The translations under genes and the position numbers were made by a program. Positions 52,943-63,442 of a DNA stretch of 64,000 bases are shown in pieces. Each line of letters starts with the position of its first letter. The first letter of the stretch is position 1. The DNA is taken from contig OY761556.1 in the NCBI GenBank assembly GCA_963664705.1, positions 2,560,001 through 2,624,000 on the forward strand. The letters are read 5' to 3'. Source of the DNA: Acidobacteriota bacterium. Its GTDB lineage: Bacteria > Acidobacteriota > UBA6911. The notes beneath the pieces were generated by a model. It worked only from the letters and a program-made list of their open reading frames with translations, did not search any database and was not told the origin of the DNA.

Positions 52943-53863
52943 ATGAGCGATTCGGACCATGGGATGATATTCAACATCCAAGGCTACTCCACCCATGATG
53001 GCCCCGGCATTCGCACTTCCGTATTCCTGAAAGGATGTCCACTCCGTTGCCGCTGGTGTCAGAATCCGGAATCACATTCTTTCTATCCCGAATTCCTTTT
53101 TGTTGAGGAAAAGTGCACCGGATGCGGAGGGTGTATACCGGTCTGCCCGGAAAAGGCAATCCACCTGCACGCGAAAGCGTCTCGAACCGACCGCCGGCTG
53201 TGCAGAGGCACAGGATTGTGCGTGGATGCCTGTCCCAACGAAGCAAGAGCTGTGATCGGACGCCTGGCAACCGTGGAGGATGTCTTCCAAGCTATCGCTG
53301 CAGATGCGTTGTTCTATCAGGAGTCTGGCGGCGGAGTGACGTTGACCGGAGGAGAACCTCTGGCGCAACCCCAGTTCGCGGCCCGTATTCTGAGTAAATG
53401 CCGGGATGCCGGGTTTCAAACGGCGCTGGACACCTGCGGATATGCAGACTGGGCAACCGCCCGGGAAGTCCTGCGCCACGTAAACCTCGTACTGTTCGAT
53501 TTCAAGCATATGAATCCCGAACTGCATATGCGATATACAGGGGTATCCAATGCGCTGATTTTGCAGAATGCAGAAAATATCCATCACGAGATGTCGATAC
53601 CGATGCGAGCCCGCATAACACTCGTTCCCGGTTTTAACGATTCTCCTGAAAATCTCGAAGCAACGGCCAAGTTTATCGCCGACAAACTCTCGAACTCCAT
53701 TCCTGTTCACTTGCTTCCCTACCATCGGTTTGGAGAAGCAAAGTGGGAGAGGTTGGACAGGAAGAGTGAAACTGCATCCATCGAGATTCCTGGTGAACGG
53801 CAGTTGGCGGAATGCTGCCGGATTTTTGAATCTTTCGGTCTGGCCACCATCATTGGCGGTTGA
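52943..53863 (+). CDS. Glycyl-radical enzyme activating radical SAM protein with 2x4Fe-4S insert
   Basis: HDGPGIRTSVFLKGCPLRCRWCQNPE, CTGCGGC, GGVTLTGGEP, LLPYH. Confidence 0.95.
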   Translation: MSDSDHGMIFNIQGYSTHDGPGIRTSVFLKGCPLRCRWCQNPESHSFYPEFLFVEEKCTGCGGCIPVCPEKAIHLHAKASRTDRRLCRGTGLCVDACPNEARAVIGRLATVEDVFQAIAADALFYQESGGGVTLTGGEPLAQPQFAARILSKCRDAGFQTALDTCGYADWATAREVLRHVNLVLFDFKHMNPELHMRYTGVSNALILQNAENIHHEMSIPMRARITLVPGFNDSPENLEATAKFIADKLSNSIPVHLLPYHRFGEAKWERLDRKSETASIEIPGERQLAECCRIFESFGLATIIGG

Positions 53864-53933
53864 TTGTACCCGGGGCTGGTCTGCTAAGCGCGACCTTACT
53901 TTTTAGGAATGTGATTTCGGATTGGGGGCTGTT

Positions 53934-56324
53934 ATGGCAACACCGCTAGACAAAATTTGCAGGAGAGGGTTTCCTCTGTGTATCGAGAAGGCGCGCCTGA
54001 TTACGGAATCCTTTCAGAAAACTGAAGGCGAACCATCCATCCTGAGACATGCCATCGCTTTCTCCCATATGTTGGATAACATGCCGGCTTTGATCGACAA
54101 AGACGAACTCTTCGTCGGAGAAGGAGCCAGCAAACCCTGGGGAGCAGAACTGGACCCCTTTCTGGGCGTATGGCGGGAAGAGGAAATCAAGGCTGCTGCC
54201 GAAGAAGGGATTATTTCCATCGACGAGATGGACTGGCCGTTGTTCAGGGAATTGGGCAAGTACTGGGAGACCCGATGCTCGGAATATGCTCAATCGAAAC
54301 TATTTGATGAAAGAATATTCAGGTACCTTCAGCTTGGCATCACCCTTCCGCCGATGAAGAGAAAAGACGAATTCAGAGGAGCCTATGCCGGAAACGGCCT
54401 TTGCCTATCCTTTGCATTCACCGATTGCTATGCAGACTTCTCCCGATGGATGAACGGATTGAATCCACTCATTCTGGAAGCAGAGGAAGAGCTGGGGAAT
54501 CTGCGCTATTTCAATCTGGAAGACGTGGAAAAGAAGCTGTTTTTGGAAGCAGCCATAATGGTTCTTAAGGCCGTTATCCGATTGGCTCATAGATATGCCG
54601 AGGCTGCCGAAGCGCTGGCGGAAAACGAAAATGATGCCCAGCGGAAGGCAGAGTTAAGAAATATCGCGGAAGCATGCCGCTGGACTCCTGCCAATCGGCC
54701 GAAAAGCTTTTATCAAGCCATGCAATCGCTTTGGTTCAATCAAATCCTGTCCGCTCCCACTTCAACCTATAACCTGGGCAGATTCGATCAGTACATGTAT
54801 CCGTTTTATAAAAAGGATATCGAAGAGGGCAGGATCAATGATGATGAGGTCCTGACCCTGCTTTGCGAATTGCGGATCAAATGCATGAAGCCCGAGAATA
54901 TCAAGCTTTCGAGCGCAAAGCGGTCGCAGCATGCAGGTTTCGCCAAATGGCGGAACCTGACTATCGGAGGGGTAACAGCCGATGGCAAAGACGCCAGCAA
55001 TGAACTGACCTATCTGATTCTGGAGGCAGCCAACCGGCTCAGAACAGCCCATCACACCATAACTTTGAGAGTTCACGAAAAGACTCCTGAAGATTTGCTC
55101 ATCAAAGCACTGGAGGTGGTCAAAACAGGCATCGGCATGCCGGCACTAGCTCTGGACAAGTCTTTTCTCGATTACCTGACTTCCGGAGGAATCCCGCTGG
55201 AAGATGCCCGAAATTACCATTTGGCAGGGTGTGTGGATCCCGCCATTCCGGGCAAAGCAAGCTTCCTGGCCGGCAGTTTTTTTGTGGCGCCCAAAGTAAT
55301 GGAGATCTTTTTGAACAACGGATTGGATCCGCGGACAGGCATGGACGCGTATTCAGCGAAGTCTGCAGTTGAGGAGATGAATTCGTTCGAAGAATTTTAT
55401 CGCGAATTTTTGCAGGCGCTGTCGTATTTCATCAGTCTGTGGCACGAACACAGTTTCCTGAGCGGTCATCCTAAAGGTTATTATGACGCAGTTGAAATTC
55501 TGGAGACAGTCCTGGTCCATGATGGGATCAAAGTAGGGAAACCACTTTCGCGCAGGAAGCCCGTTCCGCCCTATGACTTCAGGGCGGCAATGGTGCCTGT
55601 CGGAGTGATTAATGTTGCGGATTCGCTCGCGGCTATCAGGAAGTTGGTCTTCGACGAAAAGAAAATATCCTTACATGTCCTAAAATTGGCGATGGCTGCC
55701 AATTGGGAAGGATATGAACATATTCGAAAAATGTGCCTGGAAACTCCCAAATATGGAAACGATATCGACTATGTTGATTCCATAGCAAGAGACCTCTATA
55801 GATTTCTACTGGACGAGGAAGCCAAATATTTTGCTTTCGGGCGTCCCGAACATGCAAAAATCCGAGGGATTGGCGGCGCATCGATCTCATCCATGTTTGC
55901 GGGCGGCACCATTGTCGGGGCGACTCCCGACGGAAGATATGCCGGCACAACCTTGGCCGATGGGACTGCATCTCCTGCCCAAGGGAAAGACACTCATGGC
56001 CCCACGGCAGCGCTCAGGAGTGCGGCAAAAATCGATCAGGCTTCGTGTGCTTCAACGCTACTGAATATGAAGCTACACCCCTCGTCTTTATCTAACCGCG
56101 AAGACCTGAAAAAACTGGGCAGCCTCGTCAAGACCTATTCTCGTATGGGCGGCAAATGGATTCAGTTCAATGTTGTCGGGAATAAGGAATTGCTCGAAGC
56201 TCAAAAATATCCTGCCAGATATCGCGACCTGATTGTAAGGGTCGCCGGATACAGTGCCTATTTTGTGGACCTGAATAAAGGCGTCCAGGATGATGTAATC
56301 CGACGAATGGAGGTTAGTATCTAA
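53934..56324 (+). CDS. Glycyl radical enzyme (PFL2/eliminase-like), substrate unknown
   Basis: GRFDQYMYPFY, GCVDP Cys loop, PKYGND, ATPDGR, LIVRVAGYSAYF. Confidence 0.95.
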   Translation: MATPLDKICRRGFPLCIEKARLITESFQKTEGEPSILRHAIAFSHMLDNMPALIDKDELFVGEGASKPWGAELDPFLGVWREEEIKAAAEEGIISIDEMDWPLFRELGKYWETRCSEYAQSKLFDERIFRYLQLGITLPPMKRKDEFRGAYAGNGLCLSFAFTDCYADFSRWMNGLNPLILEAEEELGNLRYFNLEDVEKKLFLEAAIMVLKAVIRLAHRYAEAAEALAENENDAQRKAELRNIAEACRWTPANRPKSFYQAMQSLWFNQILSAPTSTYNLGRFDQYMYPFYKKDIEEGRINDDEVLTLLCELRIKCMKPENIKLSSAKRSQHAGFAKWRNLTIGGVTADGKDASNELTYLILEAANRLRTAHHTITLRVHEKTPEDLLIKALEVVKTGIGMPALALDKSFLDYLTSGGIPLEDARNYHLAGCVDPAIPGKASFLAGSFFVAPKVMEIFLNNGLDPRTGMDAYSAKSAVEEMNSFEEFYREFLQALSYFISLWHEHSFLSGHPKGYYDAVEILETVLVHDGIKVGKPLSRRKPVPPYDFRAAMVPVGVINVADSLAAIRKLVFDEKKISLHVLKLAMAANWEGYEHIRKMCLETPKYGNDIDYVDSIARDLYRFLLDEEAKYFAFGRPEHAKIRGIGGASISSMFAGGTIVGATPDGRYAGTTLADGTASPAQGKDTHGPTAALRSAAKIDQASCASTLLNMKLHPSSLSNREDLKKLGSLVKTYSRMGGKWIQFNVVGNKELLEAQKYPARYRDLIVRVAGYSAYFVDLNKGVQDDVIRRMEVSI

Positions 56325-56398
56325 ATCCACGGTCCTTTCCCGCGAATAGCCTGTGAGCACATCGCATATTTGCGAAAAAAGACACCCGGGTTTCCTCG

Positions 56399-57472
56399 CT
56401 ATATCTCCTTTTCTTCTGCATCAGCCATTGCCGGTCTGGAGACTATCCTGACCCTATGCTTCTCCAGTTGAGGTCCCCATGAAAGAACCGCAATCGCAAC
56501 AACAAGCAGCGCCACTCCCGTCAGCTCTGCGCCGGTTGGCCGCGGAAGCCAATACTTCCATGCAAGAATATAGGTGGCCATAACTCCGCCAATAACGCTT
56601 GCAGAGCGTTCCAGCGGCACACAGAAAGTGTTTTCCCGCTTATCAAGCAAGATGAAGGCGCCGAAAACTCCCACGGCAGCCGTCATACATCCCAGCGGAA
56701 GCAGGTACCACGCGGCCGCCTGCCCCCATAGATCTGTAAACCCCCATCGAAGCTGGAGGTATGAATTGCCGTTTCCTGTCAAAACCAGTATTCCAAGGAC
56801 AAGCAAAGCTGCCGGGTATGCAACCATCTGTTCTTCCACAAAATAGCGTTTCTGGGCGGCAGCATCCGGTGACTTTGAGCTCCGGGTCATTACCAAAAGC
56901 CGTACGAAGTACCCGAGTGTATACAGAATAATGGCAAAGACGCAGAGCGCCGGCATGCGCAGTCCGCCGCGCTGATGAATGGTAAGTACCAGTGCAACCG
57001 CAACAAGCAGTACCGCAATCCAGGAATACCAGTGCACCTTCCGCCCACAGATCTTGTCCACAAGAGGAGCTATCAGCAGAACGTCGCCGCGCATAATTAA
57101 TTGTATAAACGGGATGCTGACTCCGGGGAAAGTCAATGAAAGGGGAACTGTTATCAATATTAGCGCCGAACCCAGGCCGGCCATGGCAGTCCAGCGGGTG
57201 GGAACAGGCAGATCCATGCCGAACATCCGTGCCTGGTGCGTAGACTTCCACCATCCGGTAGCGGTAAAAAAGGCATAGATCAGGATGCATACAACAATGT
57301 TGGTGCCGGGCAGAATCTCGAGCCCAGTCAGGGGCCGGTTCATGCCTGCGGGAGCAATGTTGGTAATACCCCTGGTGAGAGCTATCGATGGGATCCAACA
57401 TGCAAGGTAGCCAAGGACGAGCGCCCAGAGATGTCCCCTTTTTTCATTCACGCTATTTCCCCCAGACTCCAT
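56399..57472 (-). CDS. Polytopic membrane protein (DMT/EamA-like, ~10 TM)
   Basis: About ten hydrophobic segments; divergent from the sucrose cluster. Confidence 0.75.
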   Translation of the reverse strand: MESGGNSVNEKRGHLWALVLGYLACWIPSIALTRGITNIAPAGMNRPLTGLEILPGTNIVVCILIYAFFTATGWWKSTHQARMFGMDLPVPTRWTAMAGLGSALILITVPLSLTFPGVSIPFIQLIMRGDVLLIAPLVDKICGRKVHWYSWIAVLLVAVALVLTIHQRGGLRMPALCVFAIILYTLGYFVRLLVMTRSSKSPDAAAQKRYFVEEQMVAYPAALLVLGILVLTGNGNSYLQLRWGFTDLWGQAAAWYLLPLGCMTAAVGVFGAFILLDKRENTFCVPLERSASVIGGVMATYILAWKYWLPRPTGAELTGVALLVVAIAVLSWGPQLEKHRVRIVSRPAMADAEEKEI

Positions 57473-57651
57473 TTTGTGGAATCAGGATAAAGGTCGTATC
57501 GATCAACATTTTCACTGAATGAGCCAAGCCTTCACTTTCGAGGAATGGCAGCAACAACAGTATGCAGCCGTTTCGATAGGATGCAACTATATGCATTGCC
57601 TGGACCTCCTCGGTTCAATACGGAATCTCATATCATTTTGCACATTGTCAA

Positions 57652-57681
57652 GAAATATGTCACATATGTGTGACATATTTC
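57652..57681. promoter_or_regulatory. Perfect 13-bp-arm palindrome beside a leftward TTGACA
   Basis: GAAATATGTCACA-TATG-TGTGACATATTTC. Confidence 0.8.
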
Positions 57682-57832
57682 CTGTTCTTGCAAGTGGTTC
57701 ATCAAAGAACGCTGCGTCGCGCCCTAACCGCTTTACCAATAGCAGTAAATAATCGTGGTTGAGAGAACGTATTCGATGCTATTTGATTATCGTATCCAGG
57801 CAATCGGTGAACGGCCAATTCGGACCAAATGC

Positions 57833-57886
57833 TGTCACATATCTGTGCCATATCTATTGACAATGCGTGAACAGGTTGGATAGTTT
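57833..57886 (+). promoter_or_regulatory. Second operator copy plus sigma70-like promoter for the sucrose phosphorylase operon
   Basis: TGTCACATATCTGTGCCA-N6-TTGACA-N18-TAGTTT. Confidence 0.7.
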
Positions 57887-57949
57887 GGCAGTTCGGCGAT
57901 TGCAGCCTTAAAGTAATTATTTATCCGATAAAGCGAACTAGAAATAACC

Positions 57950-59410
57950 ATGAAAAACCAGGCTCAGCTCATTACATATGTCGACCGTCTTTCCGCTGGA
58001 GGATTCGGCCAGCTTAATTCGTTATTGACGGGGCCCATGAACGGGCTTTTCGGAGGTGCTCATCTTTTGCCTTTTTTTGCTCCCATTGATGGTGCCGACG
58101 CCGGATTCGATCCTGTTGACCACACACAGCCCGATGCACGCTTAGGCACATGGGAAGATGTCAGGGCCCTGGGTAACACGGTTGACCTCATCGCTGATCT
58201 GATCGTGAACCACGTCTCCTCCTCATCACCGCAGTTCCTCGATTTTTTGGAAAAAGGAGCAAACTCAGAGTTTGCAGGCATGTTTCTTACTTTCCACCGG
58301 GTCTTCCCTCAGGGCGCATGCGAGTCGGATATTTTGGGCATTTATCGCCCTCGTCCTACGCTGCCATTCAGTCCGGTAACACTATCTTCCGGAGACAAAA
58401 AGCTGGTGTGGACCACGTTTAACCCGCAGCAGGTAGATATTGACGTCCGGCACCCGCAGGCGGAAGCCTATCTCGATTCCATTCTCCGGCAGTTTCACAC
58501 GGCTGGTATAAAGATGATCCGCCTCGATGCCGTTGGGTATGCAATCAAGAAAGCGGGCACCAGCTGTTTCATGATTCCGGAAACCTTTGACTTTATTTCC
58601 GAGCTGACCGCAAAAGCTCGCGCACGGGAAATAGAGGTGCTGGTCGAAATTCACAGCCACTACTTAAAGCAGATCGAGATTGCGCGCCAGGTGGACTGGG
58701 TGTATGACTTTGCGCTTCCCCCACTCGTATTGCACGCGCTTTATACAGCCGATCCCCATCCGCTTGCCCGATGGCTGGCCATCAGTCCGCGCAATGCCGT
58801 GACCGTTTTGGACACGCATGATGGTATCGGCGTGATCGATGTCGGAGCAGATGCCGCCGGCAACGCGGGACTTCTTTCGCCGGCGGAAATAGACAATCTG
58901 GTGGAAACCATCCATCAGCGAAGTCTGGGCCAAAGCAAGCAGGCAACTGGAGCCGCTGCCAATAACCTGGATCTCTATCAGGTCAATTGCACTTTTCTGG
59001 ATGCTCTTGGAGGGAGAGACCCCGACTATCTGATTGCCCGCGCTCTGCAGTTTTTTGCGCCGGGAATTCCTCAGGTCTATTACGTCGGGCTGCTGGGAGG
59101 AAGGAATGACATGGAACTCCTCGGCCGGACCGGCGTAGGACGAGACATTAACCGTCATTACTACACCGGTGCGGAGGTTGAAACCGCACTTGGTCGTCCC
59201 CTGATACAGAAGCTGATCGAGCTGATCCGGCTTCGGAATATGCATCCGGCCTTTGGAGGAGAATTCTGCGTAGAGGTTCCGGCCGAACATCAAATGCAGA
59301 TCCGGTGGAAACTACGGGAGGAATGGATTGAGTTACATACGGACCTGTCGGTTCCTTGCGCATCCATCACAGGCACAGGCATCCAATCACTAACTATTTC
59401 GGCAGAGTAG
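57950..59410 (+). CDS. gtfA: Sucrose phosphorylase (GH13_18)
   Basis: MKNQAQLITYVDRL, RLDAVGYA, LVEIHS, VLDTHDGIG, loop NLDLYQVNCT, GRDINRHYY. Confidence 0.93.
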   Translation: MKNQAQLITYVDRLSAGGFGQLNSLLTGPMNGLFGGAHLLPFFAPIDGADAGFDPVDHTQPDARLGTWEDVRALGNTVDLIADLIVNHVSSSSPQFLDFLEKGANSEFAGMFLTFHRVFPQGACESDILGIYRPRPTLPFSPVTLSSGDKKLVWTTFNPQQVDIDVRHPQAEAYLDSILRQFHTAGIKMIRLDAVGYAIKKAGTSCFMIPETFDFISELTAKARAREIEVLVEIHSHYLKQIEIARQVDWVYDFALPPLVLHALYTADPHPLARWLAISPRNAVTVLDTHDGIGVIDVGADAAGNAGLLSPAEIDNLVETIHQRSLGQSKQATGAAANNLDLYQVNCTFLDALGGRDPDYLIARALQFFAPGIPQVYYVGLLGGRNDMELLGRTGVGRDINRHYYTGAEVETALGRPLIQKLIELIRLRNMHPAFGGEFCVEVPAEHQMQIRWKLREEWIELHTDLSVPCASITGTGIQSLTISAE

Positions 59411-59417
59411 GAATCCC

Positions 59418-60671
59418 ATGGACATACCGGCGGCGCCAACCCGGAATTTGGCAGCAATCAAATGTCTTACATTTTTAATGTTCATGATGTTTGCCATGAC
59501 AACCGATTCGGTCGGAACCATCATCCCTGAGGTCATAAAAGAATTTCGCTTGAGCATGGTGGCGGCAGGAGCTTTTCACTACGCCCCAATGATTGCGATC
59601 GCAATTGCGGGCATTTTTCTCGGCTACCTGGCGGATAGGCTTGGACGCAAGAAAACCATTATCCTGGGACTCGTTCTGTTCGCGCTGAATTCATATCTGT
59701 TTGCCGTGGGAAATTCCTTCGCATTCTTCCTCACCCTTCTCGTGATCTCGGGTGCATCGATCGGAATTTTCAAAACGGGAGCTCTGGCGCTTGTTGGGGA
59801 TATCTCTCAATCTACTTCGGAACACACCACCACCATGAATACCGTGGAAGGATTCTTCGGAGTGGGGGCAATCATCGGGCCCGCCATCGTTGCAAAACTT
59901 TTGGCGTCAGGCTTTTCATGGAAATGGCTGTATGTGATAGCGGGAAGCATATGCATGCTGCTCATCCTGACAGCGCTGCTGGTGAAATATCCGAAGACTG
60001 TGAAGTCCATGGAGGAGCCGATAGATCTGAAGCGGACGATGCGAATGATGAAGAACCCATACGCATTGGGTTTCTCGCTCGGCATTTTTCTCTATGTCAC
60101 GGCAGAGTGCGCGGTCTACGTTTGGATGCCGACACTTCTGATCGGATATTCAGGATCGTTTGCCTTCATGGCAACGTATGCTCTGTCCGCATTCTTTATT
60201 TTGCGGGCCATCGGTCGGTTTCTTGGATCGTGGGTGCTTACGCGCTTCAACTGGACAGCGGTTATGGCTCTTTTCAGCCTGGCGATTCTAGCCTGTTTCG
60301 CAGGCGCCATTGTGGGAGGCCTTTCAATCGCCGTTTGGCTCATGCCCTTATCGGGGCTTTTCATGTCCATGATATACCCGACACTCAATTCGAAGGGCAT
60401 CAGCTGTTTTCCGAAAACGGAGCACGGCGCCGTTGCCGGGGTTATTTTATTTTTCACCTGCGCTGCGGCTGCCCTGGGGCCGTTGGCGATGGGAGCTGTA
60501 AGCGATGCTCTCGGTCATGCAAAGTATGGGTTCATCCTTGCCACTGGATTTGCGGCGCTTATGTTCGCAGGATTGCTGATCAACTGGATATACGACCCGG
60601 CCAAGGCGCGTTTAGCTGAATTGGAATCGAGCGAATACAGCGGGCAGCCGAAGATGGCCAGTCAGCAGTAA
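59418..60671 (+). CDS. MFS sugar transporter (FucP/TsgA-like)
   Basis: 12 TM pattern, GYLADRLGRKK motif A, SMIYPTL. Confidence 0.9.
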   Translation: MDIPAAPTRNLAAIKCLTFLMFMMFAMTTDSVGTIIPEVIKEFRLSMVAAGAFHYAPMIAIAIAGIFLGYLADRLGRKKTIILGLVLFALNSYLFAVGNSFAFFLTLLVISGASIGIFKTGALALVGDISQSTSEHTTTMNTVEGFFGVGAIIGPAIVAKLLASGFSWKWLYVIAGSICMLLILTALLVKYPKTVKSMEEPIDLKRTMRMMKNPYALGFSLGIFLYVTAECAVYVWMPTLLIGYSGSFAFMATYALSAFFILRAIGRFLGSWVLTRFNWTAVMALFSLAILACFAGAIVGGLSIAVWLMPLSGLFMSMIYPTLNSKGISCFPKTEHGAVAGVILFFTCAAAALGPLAMGAVSDALGHAKYGFILATGFAALMFAGLLINWIYDPAKARLAELESSEYSGQPKMASQQ

Positions 60672-60681
60672 CAGTTAAAGA

Positions 60682-62034
60682 ATGGAGTCTGAAATGGGAA
60701 TATCCCGGATTGTTATTCTGGCAGTTCTGTTTGCTTCACTTCCATCTGGAGCTTTTGCGCAATCCTCCTCCTTTTTCAAAGCCGGAGCAGCCAAACTGGA
60801 CATAACCCCGGCGCAATTGCCCAAAAATCTCGAAGGAATTCTCGATCACATATTTGCCCGGGCGATTGTAATCGATAACGGCAAAACCACCGCAGCCCTG
60901 GTCTCTGCGGATACCGGTATGCTCGGAGAACAGCTGTTCCAGACGGTATCGCAGAGAATGGAAAAGGAATTAGGAATTCCCGCTCAAAACCTGATCATGG
61001 GTCCGACCCACACCCATAGCGCGTTTGGGGCAACCGCCGAACAGATATTTGGTGTTATAAAGGCGGCCAAGGGGAAGCTTCAGCCTGCTCGTATCGGCTA
61101 TGGGACCGGTGTTTCCTACATCAATATCAACCGCAACATCATCGACCGCAAAACGAACAGATGGTGGGAAGGCCCCAACTATGATGGCCCATCTGACAAG
61201 ACCGTTGCAGTGATCAAGCTCGAAACCGCGGAAGGCGAGCCAATGGCGGTTTACTATAACTACGCCTGCCACGCCGTGGTTACCGGCAACACGGATCTGC
61301 TCAGCGGCGATTATCCCGGCGCAGCGTCCCGATATATCGAAGATTCCTTCGACGACAAAATCGTGGCGCTGTTTTCTGCAGGAGCACAGGGCGATCAGAA
61401 TCCGATTTTTTTCCAGCAGACATTTGACCTGAGGGATATACGCATCAAAGACTATGCAAAACGCGGCCAAGACATCAGCAATGCCATGCCTCCCGGAGGA
61501 CAGGGGTTGAATAAGCAGGATCCCACGGTCAGGAAACTGCTGGATCAACAGAAGCAGATGATCCTCACAATGGGTCAGATGCTCGGCGAAGAGGTAAAGC
61601 GGGTCATGCGCGAGATGGCTCCGATTCGAATGGCAACAGCCGGCAGAATATTTGCCGCTCAAAAAATGATCAACTTCCCGGGCCGCGACAGGATAGGCCA
61701 GGGACGCGCGGGCGTGGAAGGTCAATACAAAGACGGAGCCGATGTCAATCTCAGGCTAAGTCTTCTGATAATCGACAACATTGCGGTCGTGGGTTGTGAC
61801 GCGGAGATCTACAACATGATTGCCGTTAGATTTAAGCGGGAATCGCCCATAGGCCGATCCGTTTTTGTATCGATGGCGAATGGCAGCGGCAATTCCGGAT
61901 ACATCCCGGATGAATCGTCCTTTGGACAGCAGACTTTTGAGGTTCTGTCGTCGCGCTGCAAACCCGGTTACGCCGAAAGCGCCATTGTCAATGGCCTCCT
62001 GGATTTGATCGCGGGCGCCAGCCAAATTCAATGA
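60682..62034 (+). CDS. Secreted neutral/alkaline ceramidase N-terminal-domain-like hydrolase
   Basis: KAGAAKLDITP, DHIFARAIV, THTHSA, NYACHA, SGDYPG, GAQGDQNP. Confidence 0.8.
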   Translation: MESEMGISRIVILAVLFASLPSGAFAQSSSFFKAGAAKLDITPAQLPKNLEGILDHIFARAIVIDNGKTTAALVSADTGMLGEQLFQTVSQRMEKELGIPAQNLIMGPTHTHSAFGATAEQIFGVIKAAKGKLQPARIGYGTGVSYININRNIIDRKTNRWWEGPNYDGPSDKTVAVIKLETAEGEPMAVYYNYACHAVVTGNTDLLSGDYPGAASRYIEDSFDDKIVALFSAGAQGDQNPIFFQQTFDLRDIRIKDYAKRGQDISNAMPPGGQGLNKQDPTVRKLLDQQKQMILTMGQMLGEEVKRVMREMAPIRMATAGRIFAAQKMINFPGRDRIGQGRAGVEGQYKDGADVNLRLSLLIIDNIAVVGCDAEIYNMIAVRFKRESPIGRSVFVSMANGSGNSGYIPDESSFGQQTFEVLSSRCKPGYAESAIVNGLLDLIAGASQIQ

Positions 62035-62075
62035 AACGCAACATGTACGTGCCTTGTAGCTGATATGAGTTTGCG

Positions 62076-63056
62076 ATGGTGGTTGGAATGAATCCTCTGA
62101 TTTTCGCGGGAATTGGGGAAGTTCTCTTCGATGTTTTCGAGGATGGAACCGAAACCCTGGGCGGCGCCCCCCTGAACGTTGCTGTTCATGCGCATCAATT
62201 AGCCCATCAGCTTGGCATTGGGCATGGATGCATCGTAAGTTGCATAGACGCCGACGCTCGGGGATATAGGATTATTGACTCTCTTGACAGGATTGGAATA
62301 TCGACTCGCTATATCGGCAGGGATCGCTGCCACCCGACAGGATCCGTGTCGATTTTTATGAATAACGGAGAGCCTGGCTATCAAATTGAGTCGGGAGCAG
62401 CTTGGGACTACATAAAGCATGGCACCCCCCTCAGGCAATTGGCGGGTCAGTGCGCAGCCGTGTGTTTCGGAAGCCTGGCACAGCGGTCACCGGTATCCCG
62501 CGATACGATAAGAGCCTTTCTGCAGAATGCCCCGCAATCTATTCGCCTCTATGACGTCAATTTGAGAAAAAATACGCTGACGGGCGAATGCGGATATTCG
62601 CCGGAAATCATTGCTTACAGTTGTGCGGCAGCCACGATAATCAAAGCAAACCAGGCTGAATTATTCGAAGTTTTGGATCTATTGAAAATTTCGTGTCCCA
62701 TCGACCAGACTATTGACGGAATCCGCCGTGGCATGGAAGCGCTCCTGGCACGCTTCCCTGCTCAAGCCGTCGTTGTCACGCGAGGGGCCGAGGGTACCAT
62801 TGTCCTGACACGAGGCGGCGAATTTGATCTGAGCGCTCCGGCGACAACTGCGGCCACGCCTTACCCGGTGGGTGCCGGAGACGCCTGTTCGGCGGGCATC
62901 CTGTTTGGGACAGTCCTGGGTTGGAGTATCCATGCAACCATGGAACTAGCCAATCGAATGGGAGCCGATGTCGCGGCACATCCATCGGCCACGCCTCCGC
63001 TGTCAAACCCAACGCTCACTTATGCCCAAACAGAATTGTCCGATACTTATGGCTAG
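62076..63056 (+). CDS. PfkB-family carbohydrate kinase (fructokinase-like)
   Basis: GIGEVLFD..GGAPLNVAVH, YDVNLR, TRGAEG, VGAGDA. Confidence 0.9.
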   Translation: MVVGMNPLIFAGIGEVLFDVFEDGTETLGGAPLNVAVHAHQLAHQLGIGHGCIVSCIDADARGYRIIDSLDRIGISTRYIGRDRCHPTGSVSIFMNNGEPGYQIESGAAWDYIKHGTPLRQLAGQCAAVCFGSLAQRSPVSRDTIRAFLQNAPQSIRLYDVNLRKNTLTGECGYSPEIIAYSCAAATIIKANQAELFEVLDLLKISCPIDQTIDGIRRGMEALLARFPAQAVVVTRGAEGTIVLTRGGEFDLSAPATTAATPYPVGAGDACSAGILFGTVLGWSIHATMELANRMGADVAAHPSATPPLSNPTLTYAQTELSDTYG

Positions 63057-63442
63057 CTTCAATCTTTGTCACATATCCGTAGACGATATTGCGCTGCATT
63101 CCCCTTTTTTCTGCCCGCCACGAGGTATATGCGGCCTCTTGAACATCAGCGAGTAAACGCTTGCCTGGCTGCGCCTTGGCCTGCACAATAGCAATCCGCA
63201 ATGGCAGTTCCTCGATCTTATGCTTTTGCTATACTCCTGCATGACATACATGCTATATACATACGCGGAATCGAGCCAATTCTCCGATTCACAGATCAAT
63301 TGGATTTGGCATGCAACTATGCTTATCGGGTAATCGTTTACCGGAACGGTTCAGAATAATTCAAAGACTTAACCATGAATACCCTGCCAGCCGCTTCCGG
63401 ACCGTCCGTCGTACCAAACAAAACAGGGATGGAGTATATCCT

